Assembly (NCBI GenBank): GCA_003278145.1
Contig: QCGV01000003.1
Span: 28,385 to 92,384, forward strand
Direction: 5' to 3'
Length of the DNA: 64,000 bases
Source: OCS116 cluster bacterium AG-390-A19
GTDB taxonomy: Bacteria; Pseudomonadota; Alphaproteobacteria; MED-G09
In this document: in pieces, positions 31,607 through 42,222 of the stretch
How positions within the stretch are numbered: the stretch's first letter is position 1
How the letters are laid out: every line of letters starts with the position of its first letter
Translations under genes and position numbers: made by a program
The notes under the pieces: model-generated
The model's database searches: none
What the model saw: only the letters and a program-made list of their open reading frames with translations
Told to the model about the DNA's origin: nothing

Positions 31607-32419
31607 TTAAATTTCCTTAATATAACGACTTCCTTTGATTGGAGGATTCTCTGGAGGACCAGCAAAACATTGAGCAATTGACATCCATTTTTCTGCAACG
31701 TTTCCTTCTACTTTTAAGTTTGTATCTTTTATATTTCTCACTTGTGTAACTACTTGGCAAAATTCAGTTGCATCACCAATGATTGAATCCTCATTGTTAT
31801 CTGTATTCCATTCCCATTTTTTATTGGAAGGAGAGTTAAGGATAATCATTGGTACTTTTTTAGGTACTTCAATAGATCGATTTATAAAAGTCCAACCAAA
31901 TGTATTTATACCAATTATGACAATATTTTTAATTCTATCAGTGTTAATCCTTTCAATACCCAATTGATCAAATACTTCTTGTCCGTGAGACCAGGTTTCC
32001 ATATGTCTAGCTGATATGCTAGATCTTACACTCATATCTGGACCAGCCCATTTAACTCTTTTTTTTGGATCGGCTTTTGAGAATGCTTCAGCAACTCTAG
32101 AAAATTCATCTTTCCATAGATTTATTAATTCTTTACCCGAAAGGCTATTAGATAATTTTTTTTCATACTCTCGAGCAGAAATACCACTTTTAACTGCTCT
32201 ATAGAAATCGTTTATAAATTCAGAAAACTTTTCTTCATCAGTTAGAGATAGATATGCAGCATTATTGAAGACATGAAGGTGATAAATAACATCGTTTATA
32301 GTCCAGTCTTTAAATTGTGTTTTGGTATTAAAGACTTCCTCTTTTTCGTTTTTTAATATTTCGTATAAAGAAATAGATTCTTCTCTAAAATCTTCGCTTT
32401 GAGTATAAGTTTCTGTCAT
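31607..32419 (-). CDS. DinB/MDMPI-fold protein (TIGR03084-like, maleylpyruvate-isomerase N-terminal domain family)
   Basis: It has WTINDVIYHLHVFN and SARHMETWSHGQEVFD, patterns typical of the family. It is about 270 aa and directly abuts the cinA-like gene. Confidence 0.55.
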   Translation of the reverse strand: MTETYTQSEDFREESISLYEILKNEKEEVFNTKTQFKDWTINDVIYHLHVFNNAAYLSLTDEEKFSEFINDFYRAVKSGISAREYEKKLSNSLSGKELINLWKDEFSRVAEAFSKADPKKRVKWAGPDMSVRSSISARHMETWSHGQEVFDQLGIERINTDRIKNIVIIGINTFGWTFINRSIEVPKKVPMIILNSPSNKKWEWNTDNNEDSIIGDATEFCQVVTQVRNIKDTNLKVEGNVAEKWMSIAQCFAGPPENPPIKGSRYIKEI

Positions 32420-32424
32420 TGAAT

Positions 32425-32553
32425 TTAATTAATAAAGTAATAATAAATAAGAGGTACCCATATAAGAGACGTTGTTATAGCTCCTTTAATGGCTTGATAA
32501 ATTATCCAAAGCCAAAAATAACGTTTACAAAATTCTTTGATACTATTTAACAT
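32425..32553 (-). CDS. Hypothetical 42-aa hydrophobic mini-protein (not in ORF track)
   Basis: The ATG lies 1 nt after the cysK stop (..TAG T ATG..). It translates to MLNSIKEFCKRYFWLWIIYQAIKGAITTSLIWVPLIYYYFIN, which looks like one TM helix. It fills an otherwise empty 135-nt spacer. Confidence 0.25.
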   Translation of the reverse strand: MLNSIKEFCKRYFWLWIIYQAIKGAITTSLIWVPLIYYYFIN

Positions 32554-32554
32554 A

Positions 32555-33568
32555 CTAGAGCCAATTGGGTATTGGTAAATTATTTTCTTTCAAAAAACTA
32601 GAGTTAAACATTTTATTTTGATAGCGATTTGCAAGGTCACATAATATGGTAACTATTGTTTTACCTTCTCCAAGTTCTTTTGCTAATTTCTTTGCCCCCG
32701 CAATGTTAATTCCCGAAGACAATCCTAAAAATAAACCTTCAAATTCTATTAAATCATATAAAATTTTTAATGCTTCTTCATCTTGAACTCTGAAAGGGTA
32801 ATCTACGCACATGCCTTTTATATTTTCTGTTTCTCTTCCTTGACCAATACCCTCAGTAATTGAAGAACCCTCAGCTTTAAGTTCTCCATTTTTAAAAAAA
32901 TTATACATGGCTGCTCCCATTGGATCAGCTAATCCAATTTTTATTTCTTTATTTTTCGATTTTAAGAAGGATCCAACTCCAGATAATGTGCCACCTGTCC
33001 CAATAGCACAAATAAAAGCATCAATTTTTCCATTTGTTTGCGACCATATTTCTGGGCCTGTTGTATTAATATGCGCCTCCCGATTTGCAATATTATCAAA
33101 TTGATTTGCCCAAAATGCTCCATTTTCATGTTCTTTATTTAATTTTTCCGCTAATCTTCCTGAATATTTAATATAATTATTATTATCTTTATAAGGAACA
33201 GCAGGTACTTCAATTAAGTCAGCTCCTGAGAATTTAATTGCATCTTTTTTTTCTTGAGATTGTGTATCAGGTATTACAATTGTCGTCTTGTATCCCATTG
33301 CATTTCCAACCAGTGAGAGACCAATACCAGTGTTACCAGCCGTACCTTCAACAATCATTCCACCTTTTTCTATTAAATGTTTTTTTTCAGCATCTTTAAT
33401 TATATACAATGCAGCCCTATCTTTTACGGACTGACCAGGATTTAAGAACTCAGCTTTTCCATAAATCTTGCATCCAGTCTCTTCAGATGCACCTTTTAAG
33501 TATATCAAAGGTGTATTACCTATCATTTCAATAATATTATTTTTTTTCTGCATATTCCCTTTTGTCAC
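32555..33568 (-). CDS. cysK: Cysteine synthase / PLP-dependent CBS-like enzyme
   Basis: It has the PLP-lysine motif SVKDRAA, GTAGNTG and the GTGGTLSG loop. The start may be ATG 33550 (MQKKNN..). Confidence 0.8.
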   Translation of the reverse strand: MTKGNMQKKNNIIEMIGNTPLIYLKGASEETGCKIYGKAEFLNPGQSVKDRAALYIIKDAEKKHLIEKGGMIVEGTAGNTGIGLSLVGNAMGYKTTIVIPDTQSQEKKDAIKFSGADLIEVPAVPYKDNNNYIKYSGRLAEKLNKEHENGAFWANQFDNIANREAHINTTGPEIWSQTNGKIDAFICAIGTGGTLSGVGSFLKSKNKEIKIGLADPMGAAMYNFFKNGELKAEGSSITEGIGQGRETENIKGMCVDYPFRVQDEEALKILYDLIEFEGLFLGLSSGINIAGAKKLAKELGEGKTIVTILCDLANRYQNKMFNSSFLKENNLPIPNWL

Positions 33569-33648
33569 ATATTAAAGATTATATTTATCTTTAAAAATTA
33601 CTTTTTTTTATCTACAAGAGTAAAACTAAAATTAATATAGAAAATATA

Positions 33649-36600
33649 ATGAAAATATTCGATCATAAAATCTTAAAAAATAGTATTTACAGCCTTATTA
33701 TTTTTATCTTTGTTACGCCTATTCTAGTTAAAGCAAGTGATAACGGTATTGAAGAGATATTAGTTGTTGGAAGTCGTATAAATAACGAAAATTTAAAGAA
33801 AATTTTACCAGTCACAATAATTAATTCCGAAGAAATAAAAGTTTTAGGTATTGATTCTGGTGACGACCTTATTATGAGTCTTACTGAAAATGGTACCAAT
33901 CGCTTTAATGATGCTGGCAATGCAATAGCTGGAGTAAATAGTGCTCGTGGTGATATGGGTGCATTTAATCTAAGAAATCTAGGAACTGGTAATACTCTTG
34001 TTCTCATGAACGGAAGAAGATTGATTAATTCACCAAGTTTTCAATCCGAGTCAGTAGGAGGAAGCTTTGTTCCCGTTAATTCTGTAAATACAAATATTAT
34101 ACCTGTTAATGGTATTGAAAGAGTTGAGGTTTTAAGGGATGGTTCTTCAGCAATATATGGTGCTGACGCAGTCGCAGGAGTTATTAATTTTGTAACCAAA
34201 AAAAATAAAGAAGGTTTTGAATTTAATTTTAAAAATTCTGAATTTGAAAATTTTGATAGATCTGATTACCAGTTTGGTTTTAATTTTGGATCAAACTTTA
34301 ATTCAAATAGAACTAGTATTCATATTAGTTACAATCATTATGAAAGGGAACCAATTAAGGCTAGTGAAGATGAAAGAATGGGTATTTCTGATTGGAGAGA
34401 CTTCCCTCAAATTGCCAATACCGAATGGGCAACGACAAGATTTAGAAGAAATTCTATAAATTCACCTTATGGACAATTTGATTTCGTAGACAATATAAAA
34501 GGATATGAGTTTTATAAAGAAAGAGGCCTAACTGATAGTTCAGGAGAATTTGAAATTTTTCCATCATCAGACCCAAAGTGTTTAGTTGATATCGGAAATC
34601 AATCTTGTATTGCTAAAGATACTACAACTAAACGATATAATTTAAATCAAGAAAGGTGGGTAGTGTCAGATTTAGAAAGAGATAATTTTCAGTTTGACCT
34701 TTCGCATGAATTTAAAAATGGTGTAGAAGGTTTTACTGAATTTTCTTTTTACAGTTCTAAAACAAGACAAAATAATAGTCCTTCAGCAACATTTTCCTCG
34801 TCTAGGTTGATAGTTCCCCCAAGCAATTATTGGAATCCATTTGGTGCAAAAACTTTTGCAGATGGTACTACAAATCCTAATCGCTTAAGCGAGAATGATG
34901 CCCCTGGAATTCCAGAGGAAGGATTATCTGTAATTATAGATAACTATCGTTATGTAGATGTAGGGCCAAGAAAGATAAATGTAGAAAAAGATACCTATAG
35001 AATATTGCAAGGTTTTAGAGGGTCTTTTCATAATTGGGATTGGGAAATTGCTGGATTTATTTCCGAAGCTTCATCTGACGATATTACAAGTAATAGATTA
35101 TCTAATTCTTTAATGGAGCAAGCTTTATCAATTTCTACTCCTGAGGCTTATAATCCATTTAGTGGTGGAGGAGATTTCGATAAATATCTTCTTACAGGTC
35201 AAGATGGAACACCAAGCATAGATGGTGCAGTTCAGAATGCAATTATCGATGTTTATAGGAAAGGTAAGAGAAAACTAAATAGTATTGATTTTAGATTTAA
35301 TAATGTTGATTTTATTAAAAGTCCTGGTGGATTTACTTCTTTAGCTCTTGGCGCCGAGTATCGTGAGGACTCTTTTGAAGATGATAGAGACCCAAGACTT
35401 GATGGAACTATCCAATATACTGATAGGGATGGTGATACATATCCATTTGTTAGTGATGTTATGAATTCCAGCCCTACACCTGATAATTCAGGGAAAAGGG
35501 ATGTTTTTTCAGCTTTTGTTGAGTTAGGAATACCTTTGATATCAAATGAAATGAGGGTTCCTTTTATTAAAAATTTTGATCTTCAGTTAGCGGCTAGATA
35601 TGAGGACTTTTCTGATATTGGCAGTAAATCAGTGCCAAAAATAAGTTTTGGTTGGCAGGTCGATGATAGTTTCTATTTTAGAGGATCATGGTCAAAAGGA
35701 TTTAGGGTTCCTAATCTTGTCCAGGTTAATGAGACAATAGTATCGAGACAAATTTTTGGAGTTGATGCTCTTTTGTGTCTTCAACAAATAAATAACAACG
35801 GTGAGATAGATTATTGTGATTATTCATTTCAAAGAGTTGCAAGGGGCAGTAAAAACTTAAGACCCGAGGAGTCTACGAATATTTCTCTGGGAATTATTTA
35901 TGAACCAAAAAATATTGATAATTTAGTATTTACAATTGATTGGTGGGAGATTGAAAAAGAAGATACCATTGGTTTATTTGGAGAGGATAATATTCTTTTA
36001 TCTGATTTAGTCTTAAGGATGGAGACAAACAATATTTCAGATTGTTCTCTGGTTCAGTCAAGTCCATACGTTTTTAGGGACTCTTTGGAAGAGAATGAAA
36101 TTCAAGAATATCTTCAAGCAGGAATTTGTCCAGCAGGAAGAGTTACACGTGTAGAAGAACAATATAGAAATCTTGATACAAGAATAATAAGCGGTTTTGA
36201 TTTTTCAGCTCGTTACTATGTAAGAAATAATTTCGGAAATTTTAATTTTAAATTAAATATTGCAAAGTTAGAAAAATTTAGACAAGAAGCAGGTAATGAT
36301 TTTATTAAACTTATTGATGCTCAAGAAAAAGGTGTTATCCCTCAGGAATTAGCAATTACTGGTTTTTCTAATTTAATTGAGAAAGATGGTTCTCCAAAAA
36401 TTCAAGCTAGTTTTAAATTTCTTTGGAATAAAGGACCTTGGGGTCTTGGATTATTTGGTCGACATATTGGTGAATTCTATGAAACAAGAAATAAATTACG
36501 TGATGGAAGGCTATGGAAAGTTAGAGCTTATAATACAATTAACACTTTTATAGATTATAATTTTAAAATATCTGAGTCTCAATCAAATCTAAGGTTTGGA

Positions 36601-36717
36601 ATTAATAATATAGCTGATGAGAGAGCTCCGCTAGCATCTGATATATTCGGTTATTATATCGATAAGCATGACAATATAGGGAGATCTTACTATATTAATT
36701 TTATGCATAGATTCTAG
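33649..36717 (+). CDS. TonB-dependent outer-membrane receptor (TBDR-3, 1022 aa)
   Basis: It has a signal peptide, a TonB-box-like GIEEILVVGSR and the plug motif IERVEVLRDGSSAIYGADAVAGVINFVT. The long barrel ends in ..YYINFMHRF. Confidence 0.85.
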   Translation: MKIFDHKILKNSIYSLIIFIFVTPILVKASDNGIEEILVVGSRINNENLKKILPVTIINSEEIKVLGIDSGDDLIMSLTENGTNRFNDAGNAIAGVNSARGDMGAFNLRNLGTGNTLVLMNGRRLINSPSFQSESVGGSFVPVNSVNTNIIPVNGIERVEVLRDGSSAIYGADAVAGVINFVTKKNKEGFEFNFKNSEFENFDRSDYQFGFNFGSNFNSNRTSIHISYNHYEREPIKASEDERMGISDWRDFPQIANTEWATTRFRRNSINSPYGQFDFVDNIKGYEFYKERGLTDSSGEFEIFPSSDPKCLVDIGNQSCIAKDTTTKRYNLNQERWVVSDLERDNFQFDLSHEFKNGVEGFTEFSFYSSKTRQNNSPSATFSSSRLIVPPSNYWNPFGAKTFADGTTNPNRLSENDAPGIPEEGLSVIIDNYRYVDVGPRKINVEKDTYRILQGFRGSFHNWDWEIAGFISEASSDDITSNRLSNSLMEQALSISTPEAYNPFSGGGDFDKYLLTGQDGTPSIDGAVQNAIIDVYRKGKRKLNSIDFRFNNVDFIKSPGGFTSLALGAEYREDSFEDDRDPRLDGTIQYTDRDGDTYPFVSDVMNSSPTPDNSGKRDVFSAFVELGIPLISNEMRVPFIKNFDLQLAARYEDFSDIGSKSVPKISFGWQVDDSFYFRGSWSKGFRVPNLVQVNETIVSRQIFGVDALLCLQQINNNGEIDYCDYSFQRVARGSKNLRPEESTNISLGIIYEPKNIDNLVFTIDWWEIEKEDTIGLFGEDNILLSDLVLRMETNNISDCSLVQSSPYVFRDSLEENEIQEYLQAGICPAGRVTRVEEQYRNLDTRIISGFDFSARYYVRNNFGNFNFKLNIAKLEKFRQEAGNDFIKLIDAQEKGVIPQELAITGFSNLIEKDGSPKIQASFKFLWNKGPWGLGLFGRHIGEFYETRNKLRDGRLWKVRAYNTINTFIDYNFKISESQSNLRFGINNIADERAPLASDIFGYYIDKHDNIGRSYYINFMHRF

Positions 36718-36720
36718 ATA

Positions 36721-37992
36721 ATGAGAATTTTTCTTTTTTTATTACTTTGCTTTTTTAGCAATGATATCCATGCTTCAAATATACAGAATAATAAAGAATG
36801 TATAACTAAGTATGTCACAATTGACTTTAATTTTTCCGGCGCAGGAAATTCAACCTGTGAAGTCATATCCTCAGATCATATTAGGATATCAGTAGTACCT
36901 GAGTCCAAAGAATCCATTAATCCAAGCCCCTGGTATGCATTTCGAAAGTCAAAAAATACAAAAAAAATTTTAGTTGAACTTAGTTACGGAGAATATGAGC
37001 ATAGATATTTTCCCAAAATAAAAAAAACTAATGGCAACTGGGAAAAAATAGACAAAAGAGATGTTTTAATAAAAAATGATGGTAAAAATGTTTTAATAAA
37101 TCTATACCCATCAAAAGAGTCTCAATACATATCATCTCAGGAGTTAATTACTGAAGATTGGTATGAAGATTGGTACGTTACTTTAAAAGAAAATAATTTT
37201 TTAAGAAGTAAGATTGTTGGATATTCTGTTCAAAATCGTCCAATTAAAGCATTTTTTTCAAATGAAAATATTAATAATCCATACATTTTTATTTTAGGTC
37301 GTCAGCACCCCCCAGAGGTTTCTTCAGTATTTGCAATAAAGGGTTTTCTAAATGAACTAATTGGGAATATTAATTTATCTGAAGAATTTTTATCAAAATA
37401 CAATATATTTTTTGTTCCCTTAATGAACCCTGATGGCGTTGAGAATGGTTTTTGGCGTTATAATTATAATAAAAAGGACCTAAATCGAGATTGGGATAAT
37501 TTTTTTCAACCCGAAACTAATTCAGTTAAGAATTTTCTTGATAATTTAAAAAATAGAAATCAACCTATTTTATATATAGATTTTCATTCAACTTATAAAA
37601 ATATTTTTTATATTAGCGATGCACAACTTATAAATTCTCATCCTAATTTTTTATTAAATTGGTTGGAAAAATCTAGGTTAGAATTATCTAAAATTGGCTA
37701 TAATTTTTCTATTAAAGAGACTTATACAAAGAGCAACAAGGTATCGAAAAATTATTTCCATAATAAATATAATATACCCTCTATGACTTATGAAGTGTCA
37801 GATACTGAGGAAAGATCTAAAATTGCTAAATCTTCTAAGATTCTTGCTAGGAATTTAATAACTATTTTATTAGATCCTGAAAATAAAATTATTGATATGG
37901 CGGAGAGGAAGGGATTCGAACCCTCGAGACGGTTACCCGCCTACACGCTTTCCAAGCGTGCGCCTTCGACCACTCGGCCACCTCTCCATTAA
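36721..37992 (+). CDS. Secreted M14-family zinc carboxypeptidase (CCP/M14D-like with N-terminal beta-sandwich domain)
   Basis: It has a signal peptide ([18 protein letters not shown]). The zinc and catalytic motifs are GRQHPPE (HxxE), NPDG, DLNRDW, DFHS and TYEVSD. The ATG lies 3 nt after the TBDR-3 stop. The last ~31 codons are antisense to tRNA-Ser, so the true C-terminus is uncertain. Confidence 0.7.
   Translation: MRIFLFLLLCFFSNDIHASNIQNNKECITKYVTIDFNFSGAGNSTCEVISSDHIRISVVPESKESINPSPWYAFRKSKNTKKILVELSYGEYEHRYFPKIKKTNGNWEKIDKRDVLIKNDGKNVLINLYPSKESQYISSQELITEDWYEDWYVTLKENNFLRSKIVGYSVQNRPIKAFFSNENINNPYIFILGRQHPPEVSSVFAIKGFLNELIGNINLSEEFLSKYNIFFVPLMNPDGVENGFWRYNYNKKDLNRDWDNFFQPETNSVKNFLDNLKNRNQPILYIDFHSTYKNIFYISDAQLINSHPNFLLNWLEKSRLELSKIGYNFSIKETYTKSNKVSKNYFHNKYNIPSMTYEVSDTEERSKIAKSSKILARNLITILLDPENKIIDMAERKGFEPSRRLPAYTLSKRAPSTTRPPLH
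37898..37987 (-). tRNA. tRNA-Ser (anticodon GGA), class II with long variable arm, CCA encoded
   Basis: The minus-strand sequence is GGAGAGG-UG-GCC-GAGUGGUCGAA-GGC-G-CACGC-UUGGAAA-GCGUG-UAGGCGGGUAACCGUCUC-GAGGG-UUCGAAU-CCCUU-CCUCUCC-G-CCA. The cloverleaf was folded by hand. It lies 18 nt downstream of lepA. Confidence 0.9.
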
Positions 37993-38005
37993 ATTCATCT
38001 TAAAT

Positions 38006-39808
38006 CTAATTTTCATCAAACTTAAGTGCTGATATAAATGCATCTTGAGGAATATTTACACTTCCAAACTCGCGCATTCTTTTCTTTCCTTTCTTTTGCT
38101 TTTCTAATAATTTCTTTTTTCGGGTAACGTCACCGCCATATAATTTTTCAGTTACATCTTTTCTAAAAGGCGGTATCGTCTCTCTTGCAATTACTCTGGC
38201 ACCAATGGCTGCCTGAACAGGTACTTTGAATTGATGGCGGGGTATCAAATCTTTTAATTTCTTACACATTGTTCGACCACGCATATCCGCTCTATCAGCA
38301 TGTACAATTATTGATAATGCATCAACTGTTTCAGAGTTAACTAATATACTCATTTTAACTAATTTCTCTTGCTTGTATGTATCCATTTGCCAGTCAAAGC
38401 TAGCATAGCCACTTGAAATTGATTTTAGTCGATCATAAAAATCAAAGACGACCTCATTTAATGGCAGATCATAAACTACCATTGCTCTTGTTCCAGCGTA
38501 AGTTAGTTCAACTTGATTACCTCTTCTTTCCTCGCATAATTTTAATACTGCGCCCAGATATTCATCAGGTACAAGAATAGTCGCCTTAATCCACGGTTCC
38601 TCAATATAATTTATTAAACTAGGATCCGGCATATCTGCAGGATTATGAAGGTCAATACATTTCCCATCATTAAGATAAATTTTATAAATAACACTTGGAG
38701 CGGTAGTAATTAAATCAATATCAAATTCTCTTTCTATTCTCTCTCTTACTATTTCAAGATGAAGAAGGCCTAAAAAGCCACATCGAAAACCAAATCCAAG
38801 GGCTGCAGAATTTTCTGTTTCGTGCTGAAAACTTGAGTCATTTAAACTAAGTTTTTCTATAGATTCTCTTAAGTCTTCAAATTCTCCGCTATCGACTGGA
38901 AATAAGCCACAAAAAACAGATGGTTGTGATGGTCTAAATCCTTTGAGCATTTCTTTACAGGGTTTTTTATCATCAGTTATCGTGTCACCTATCTGAGTAT
39001 CTGATACCGTTTTTATACCAGCGATAATGTAGCCTAATTCGCCAGGTCCTAATTTATTTACTGATACTTTTTTTGGTGTAAATACACCAATATCATCAAT
39101 TTCATAGGTACTGTTTGTACCCATCATTTTTATTTTTTGTCCTTTTGTTAATTCACCATTTAATACTCTAACCAAAACTATTACACCTAAATATGAATCA
39201 TACCAACTATCAACGAGCAAAGCTTTTGTTTCTTCAATATCACCACCAGATGGAGGGTTTAATCTCTCTATTAGAGCTTCAAAAATATCATCTATTCCTT
39301 GGCCTGTTTTAGCCGAGACATATATTGCATCTGACGCATCGAGGCCAATAACATCTTCTATTTGCATAGCAACTGTTTCAGGTTCTGCAGCAGGTAAATC
39401 AATTTTATTGATAACAGGAATAATTTCGTGATCAAGATCGATAGCTTGATAAACATTTGCAAGCGTTTGAGCCTCAACCCCTTGTGTTGAGTCAACAACT
39501 AATATTGATCCTTCACAGGCTGACAAAGATCTACTAACTTCATAAGCAAAATCAACATGACCAGGAGTATCAATCAAATTAAGCTGAAAATTCTCACCAT
39601 TTTTATCTTTATAGTTTAACCTTACAGTTTGCGCTTTGATTGTTATTCCTCTCTCTCTTTCAATATCCATGGAGTCTAAGACCTGATCTTTCATCTCTCT
39701 ATCAGTCAGTCCATCACAACTCTGAATTAATCTATCAGCAAGGGTAGATTTGCCATGATCAATATGAGCAATAATTGAGAAATTCCTAATGTTTTTAATA
39801 TCTGTCAT
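38006..39808 (-). CDS. lepA: Translation elongation factor 4 (LepA)
   Basis: It has the GTPase motifs [17 protein letters not shown] and NKID. The protein is 600 aa and has the LepA C-terminal domain. Confidence 0.95.
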   Translation of the reverse strand: MTDIKNIRNFSIIAHIDHGKSTLADRLIQSCDGLTDREMKDQVLDSMDIERERGITIKAQTVRLNYKDKNGENFQLNLIDTPGHVDFAYEVSRSLSACEGSILVVDSTQGVEAQTLANVYQAIDLDHEIIPVINKIDLPAAEPETVAMQIEDVIGLDASDAIYVSAKTGQGIDDIFEALIERLNPPSGGDIEETKALLVDSWYDSYLGVIVLVRVLNGELTKGQKIKMMGTNSTYEIDDIGVFTPKKVSVNKLGPGELGYIIAGIKTVSDTQIGDTITDDKKPCKEMLKGFRPSQPSVFCGLFPVDSGEFEDLRESIEKLSLNDSSFQHETENSAALGFGFRCGFLGLLHLEIVRERIEREFDIDLITTAPSVIYKIYLNDGKCIDLHNPADMPDPSLINYIEEPWIKATILVPDEYLGAVLKLCEERRGNQVELTYAGTRAMVVYDLPLNEVVFDFYDRLKSISSGYASFDWQMDTYKQEKLVKMSILVNSETVDALSIIVHADRADMRGRTMCKKLKDLIPRHQFKVPVQAAIGARVIARETIPPFRKDVTEKLYGGDVTRKKKLLEKQKKGKKRMREFGSVNIPQDAFISALKFDEN

Positions 39809-39840
39809 TAATGAAGGTATATCATAAAAATTTTATAAAA

Positions 39841-42222
39841 CTAGCTACGCAATTTTCCTTTCGTTGCGCTTTCTACAGAATTGATAACTTTAAGAGAAAT
39901 ATCTTCTAACTCAGAGTCAGTTAAAGTATGATCTGTTTGCTGAATTGTAATTTCAATGGCAATGGATTTATTTTTATCATTAAGGAATTGATCAAATATC
40001 TTTACGTTTTGTATAAGTTTATTATCAGATTTCATTGCTGCTTCAATAATCGTTTGAGCGCTTACCTCATTATTAACAACAAATGAAAAATCCCTTCTTA
40101 CAGGTTGTAAATTATAAATCTCAGGTGCAGTTTGTATTAATTTTTTCTCTTTTAATAAGTTTATACAATCTAAAAATATCTCAAACCCAACCGCTACATT
40201 AAAATCTTTTTCTTTAATAATTTTTGGGTGAATTTCACCAAAGTTTGCAATTATTTCTCCTTTTTTTGACAATATTTGACCTGATCTTCCTGGATGGTAA
40301 AATTTTGGAGCGGAGTTTTTGATTTTAATTTTTTGATTGTTGATACCTATCTCTTCTAAAACCGAAACAACATCCTTTTTTGCGTCAAAGACATCTACTT
40401 TTTTAGATCCTTGCCAATCTTTTCCAAATCGTTCTAGTTTATAAGTACCGGTTCTTATTCCGGATGCTATCAAAATTTGACCGTCCTCACTCTTACCAGA
40501 AAAACCAGGGCCCAATTCAAAAATGCCAAGATCTCCATATCCTCTTTTAGAGTTTTCATCAGCAATATTTATTATTGAAGCAAGAGGTGTTGGTCTCATA
40601 TCAGATAATTCTTCTGAGATTGGATTGATAATTTTTAAACTATTTTTGCCGCCTCCATAATTTTTTGCATCCTCTTCATTGATAAATGAATAAGAAATAG
40701 TCTCCAACAAACCCCTTGAAGCAATAGCTCTTCTTATTAGTCTTAAATTTTTTTGTTCATCAGTTAATATAGGCTTTGAAGGTTGTTGTTTGTTAAATAA
40801 AGGTTCTGATTTTATATTATTTAATCCATAAATTCTTACAACTTCTTCAACAATATCTTCGTTTATTGAAATATCGGGCCTCCAAGAAGGTATTGTTATT
40901 TCCCAATCTTTTGAAACTTTAAAACCTAAAGAATTTAGAATTTTATTAGTAATTTTATTGTCAATTTTTAGGCCTGTCATTTCTCTAACTAATTCGGGTT
41001 TAAAGTTAATTTTTTTATTTACGAATTTTCTATTATCAATAACTGATAATTCTCCAGCACTACCTCCGCATAATTCTATTATTAAACTAGTTGCATACTC
41101 TAAACCTTCTAAAACATATTCAGGATCAACACCTCTTTCAAATCGATACCTTGAATCAGACATTATATTTAGTTTTCTTCCAGTAATTGCGGTTTTGACA
41201 GGGTCAAAATAAGCTGACTCAAGAAATATTTCGGTTGTATTCATTGAGGATCCAGAAACTTCTCCACCCATAATACCGCCAATACCCAATACTTTTTCAT
41301 CATCAGCTATTACACACATTTCATTATCTAATTTATAATTTTTACCATCTAAAGCTTCAATTTCTTCACCTTTTTTTGAACTTCTAGCACCAATTTTTCT
41401 TGAGATTTTTTTTAAATCATAGACGTGAAGTGGTCTGCCTTTATCAAAATTTATATAATTTGTAATATCAACTAAACAATTTACTGATCTTAAGCCAATG
41501 GCCTCAAGTTTATTTACTAACCATTCAGGACTTTTAGTATTTTTTACATTTTTTATTATTCTTCCAGAGAAAATTGAACATGCATCATCTTGATTTTTAT
41601 AATCAAGAAATATTGGAAATTTTTCTTTAGAAACAGATATCTCTTTTTTATCTTTATTAACAAGCTCACCAATACCTGCTGCTGCTAAATCTCTTGCTAT
41701 CCCATAAACACCAAGACAGTCTGGTCTATTTGGAGTGATAGCTATTTCGATTTGAGTATCATTTAAATTCAATTCATCAGCTATAGATTTACCGGGTTTT
41801 AAATTATTAGATATCTCGGCGATTCCTTCAGAGTCTTCACCTAGGCGTAACTCTTTCTTTGAACATAGCATTCCAGAAGATTCGATACCTCTAATTTTTG
41901 CTTTTTTTAATTTAAAACCAGAATCTGGAATAGTACTACCAACAGGTGCGTATATAGTTGTTAAACCTTCTCTTGCATTTTTTGCACCACAAACCACTTC
42001 AATTTTTTCTTCACCAATATCTACTAGACACAATTGAAGCCTATCTGCATTTGGATGTTTTTTTGTAGAAATAATTTTTGCTACTTTGAAGTCTTTATAT
42101 ACAGAATACTGATCGAAAGCCTCTTCTACCTCTAAACCAATGTTTGTAAGGGTTTCTAGTATAGTATTTATATCTTTATCTGTTTTTAGATATTCTTTTA
42201 ACCAAGATAGAGTAAATTTCAT
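39841..42222 (-). CDS. pheT: Phenylalanine--tRNA ligase beta subunit
   Basis: The protein is 793 aa with an N-terminal tRNA-binding OB domain (..AKIISTKKHPNADRLQLCLVD..) and B3/4 and B5 domains. It overlaps the pheS stop by 4 nt. Confidence 0.95.
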   Translation of the reverse strand: MKFTLSWLKEYLKTDKDINTILETLTNIGLEVEEAFDQYSVYKDFKVAKIISTKKHPNADRLQLCLVDIGEEKIEVVCGAKNAREGLTTIYAPVGSTIPDSGFKLKKAKIRGIESSGMLCSKKELRLGEDSEGIAEISNNLKPGKSIADELNLNDTQIEIAITPNRPDCLGVYGIARDLAAAGIGELVNKDKKEISVSKEKFPIFLDYKNQDDACSIFSGRIIKNVKNTKSPEWLVNKLEAIGLRSVNCLVDITNYINFDKGRPLHVYDLKKISRKIGARSSKKGEEIEALDGKNYKLDNEMCVIADDEKVLGIGGIMGGEVSGSSMNTTEIFLESAYFDPVKTAITGRKLNIMSDSRYRFERGVDPEYVLEGLEYATSLIIELCGGSAGELSVIDNRKFVNKKINFKPELVREMTGLKIDNKITNKILNSLGFKVSKDWEITIPSWRPDISINEDIVEEVVRIYGLNNIKSEPLFNKQQPSKPILTDEQKNLRLIRRAIASRGLLETISYSFINEEDAKNYGGGKNSLKIINPISEELSDMRPTPLASIINIADENSKRGYGDLGIFELGPGFSGKSEDGQILIASGIRTGTYKLERFGKDWQGSKKVDVFDAKKDVVSVLEEIGINNQKIKIKNSAPKFYHPGRSGQILSKKGEIIANFGEIHPKIIKEKDFNVAVGFEIFLDCINLLKEKKLIQTAPEIYNLQPVRRDFSFVVNNEVSAQTIIEAAMKSDNKLIQNVKIFDQFLNDKNKSIAIEITIQQTDHTLTDSELEDISLKVINSVESATKGKLRS

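Noticed and set aside
33569-37987. I considered whether the TBDR-3 / M14 peptidase pair is a genomic island integrated at the 3' end of tRNA-Ser.
   Set aside because: The orientation fits, since the tRNA 3' end faces the pair. However, there is no integrase or mobility gene, and I saw no direct repeat of the tRNA 3' end near 33569-33648. Both genes are as AT-rich as the backbone.
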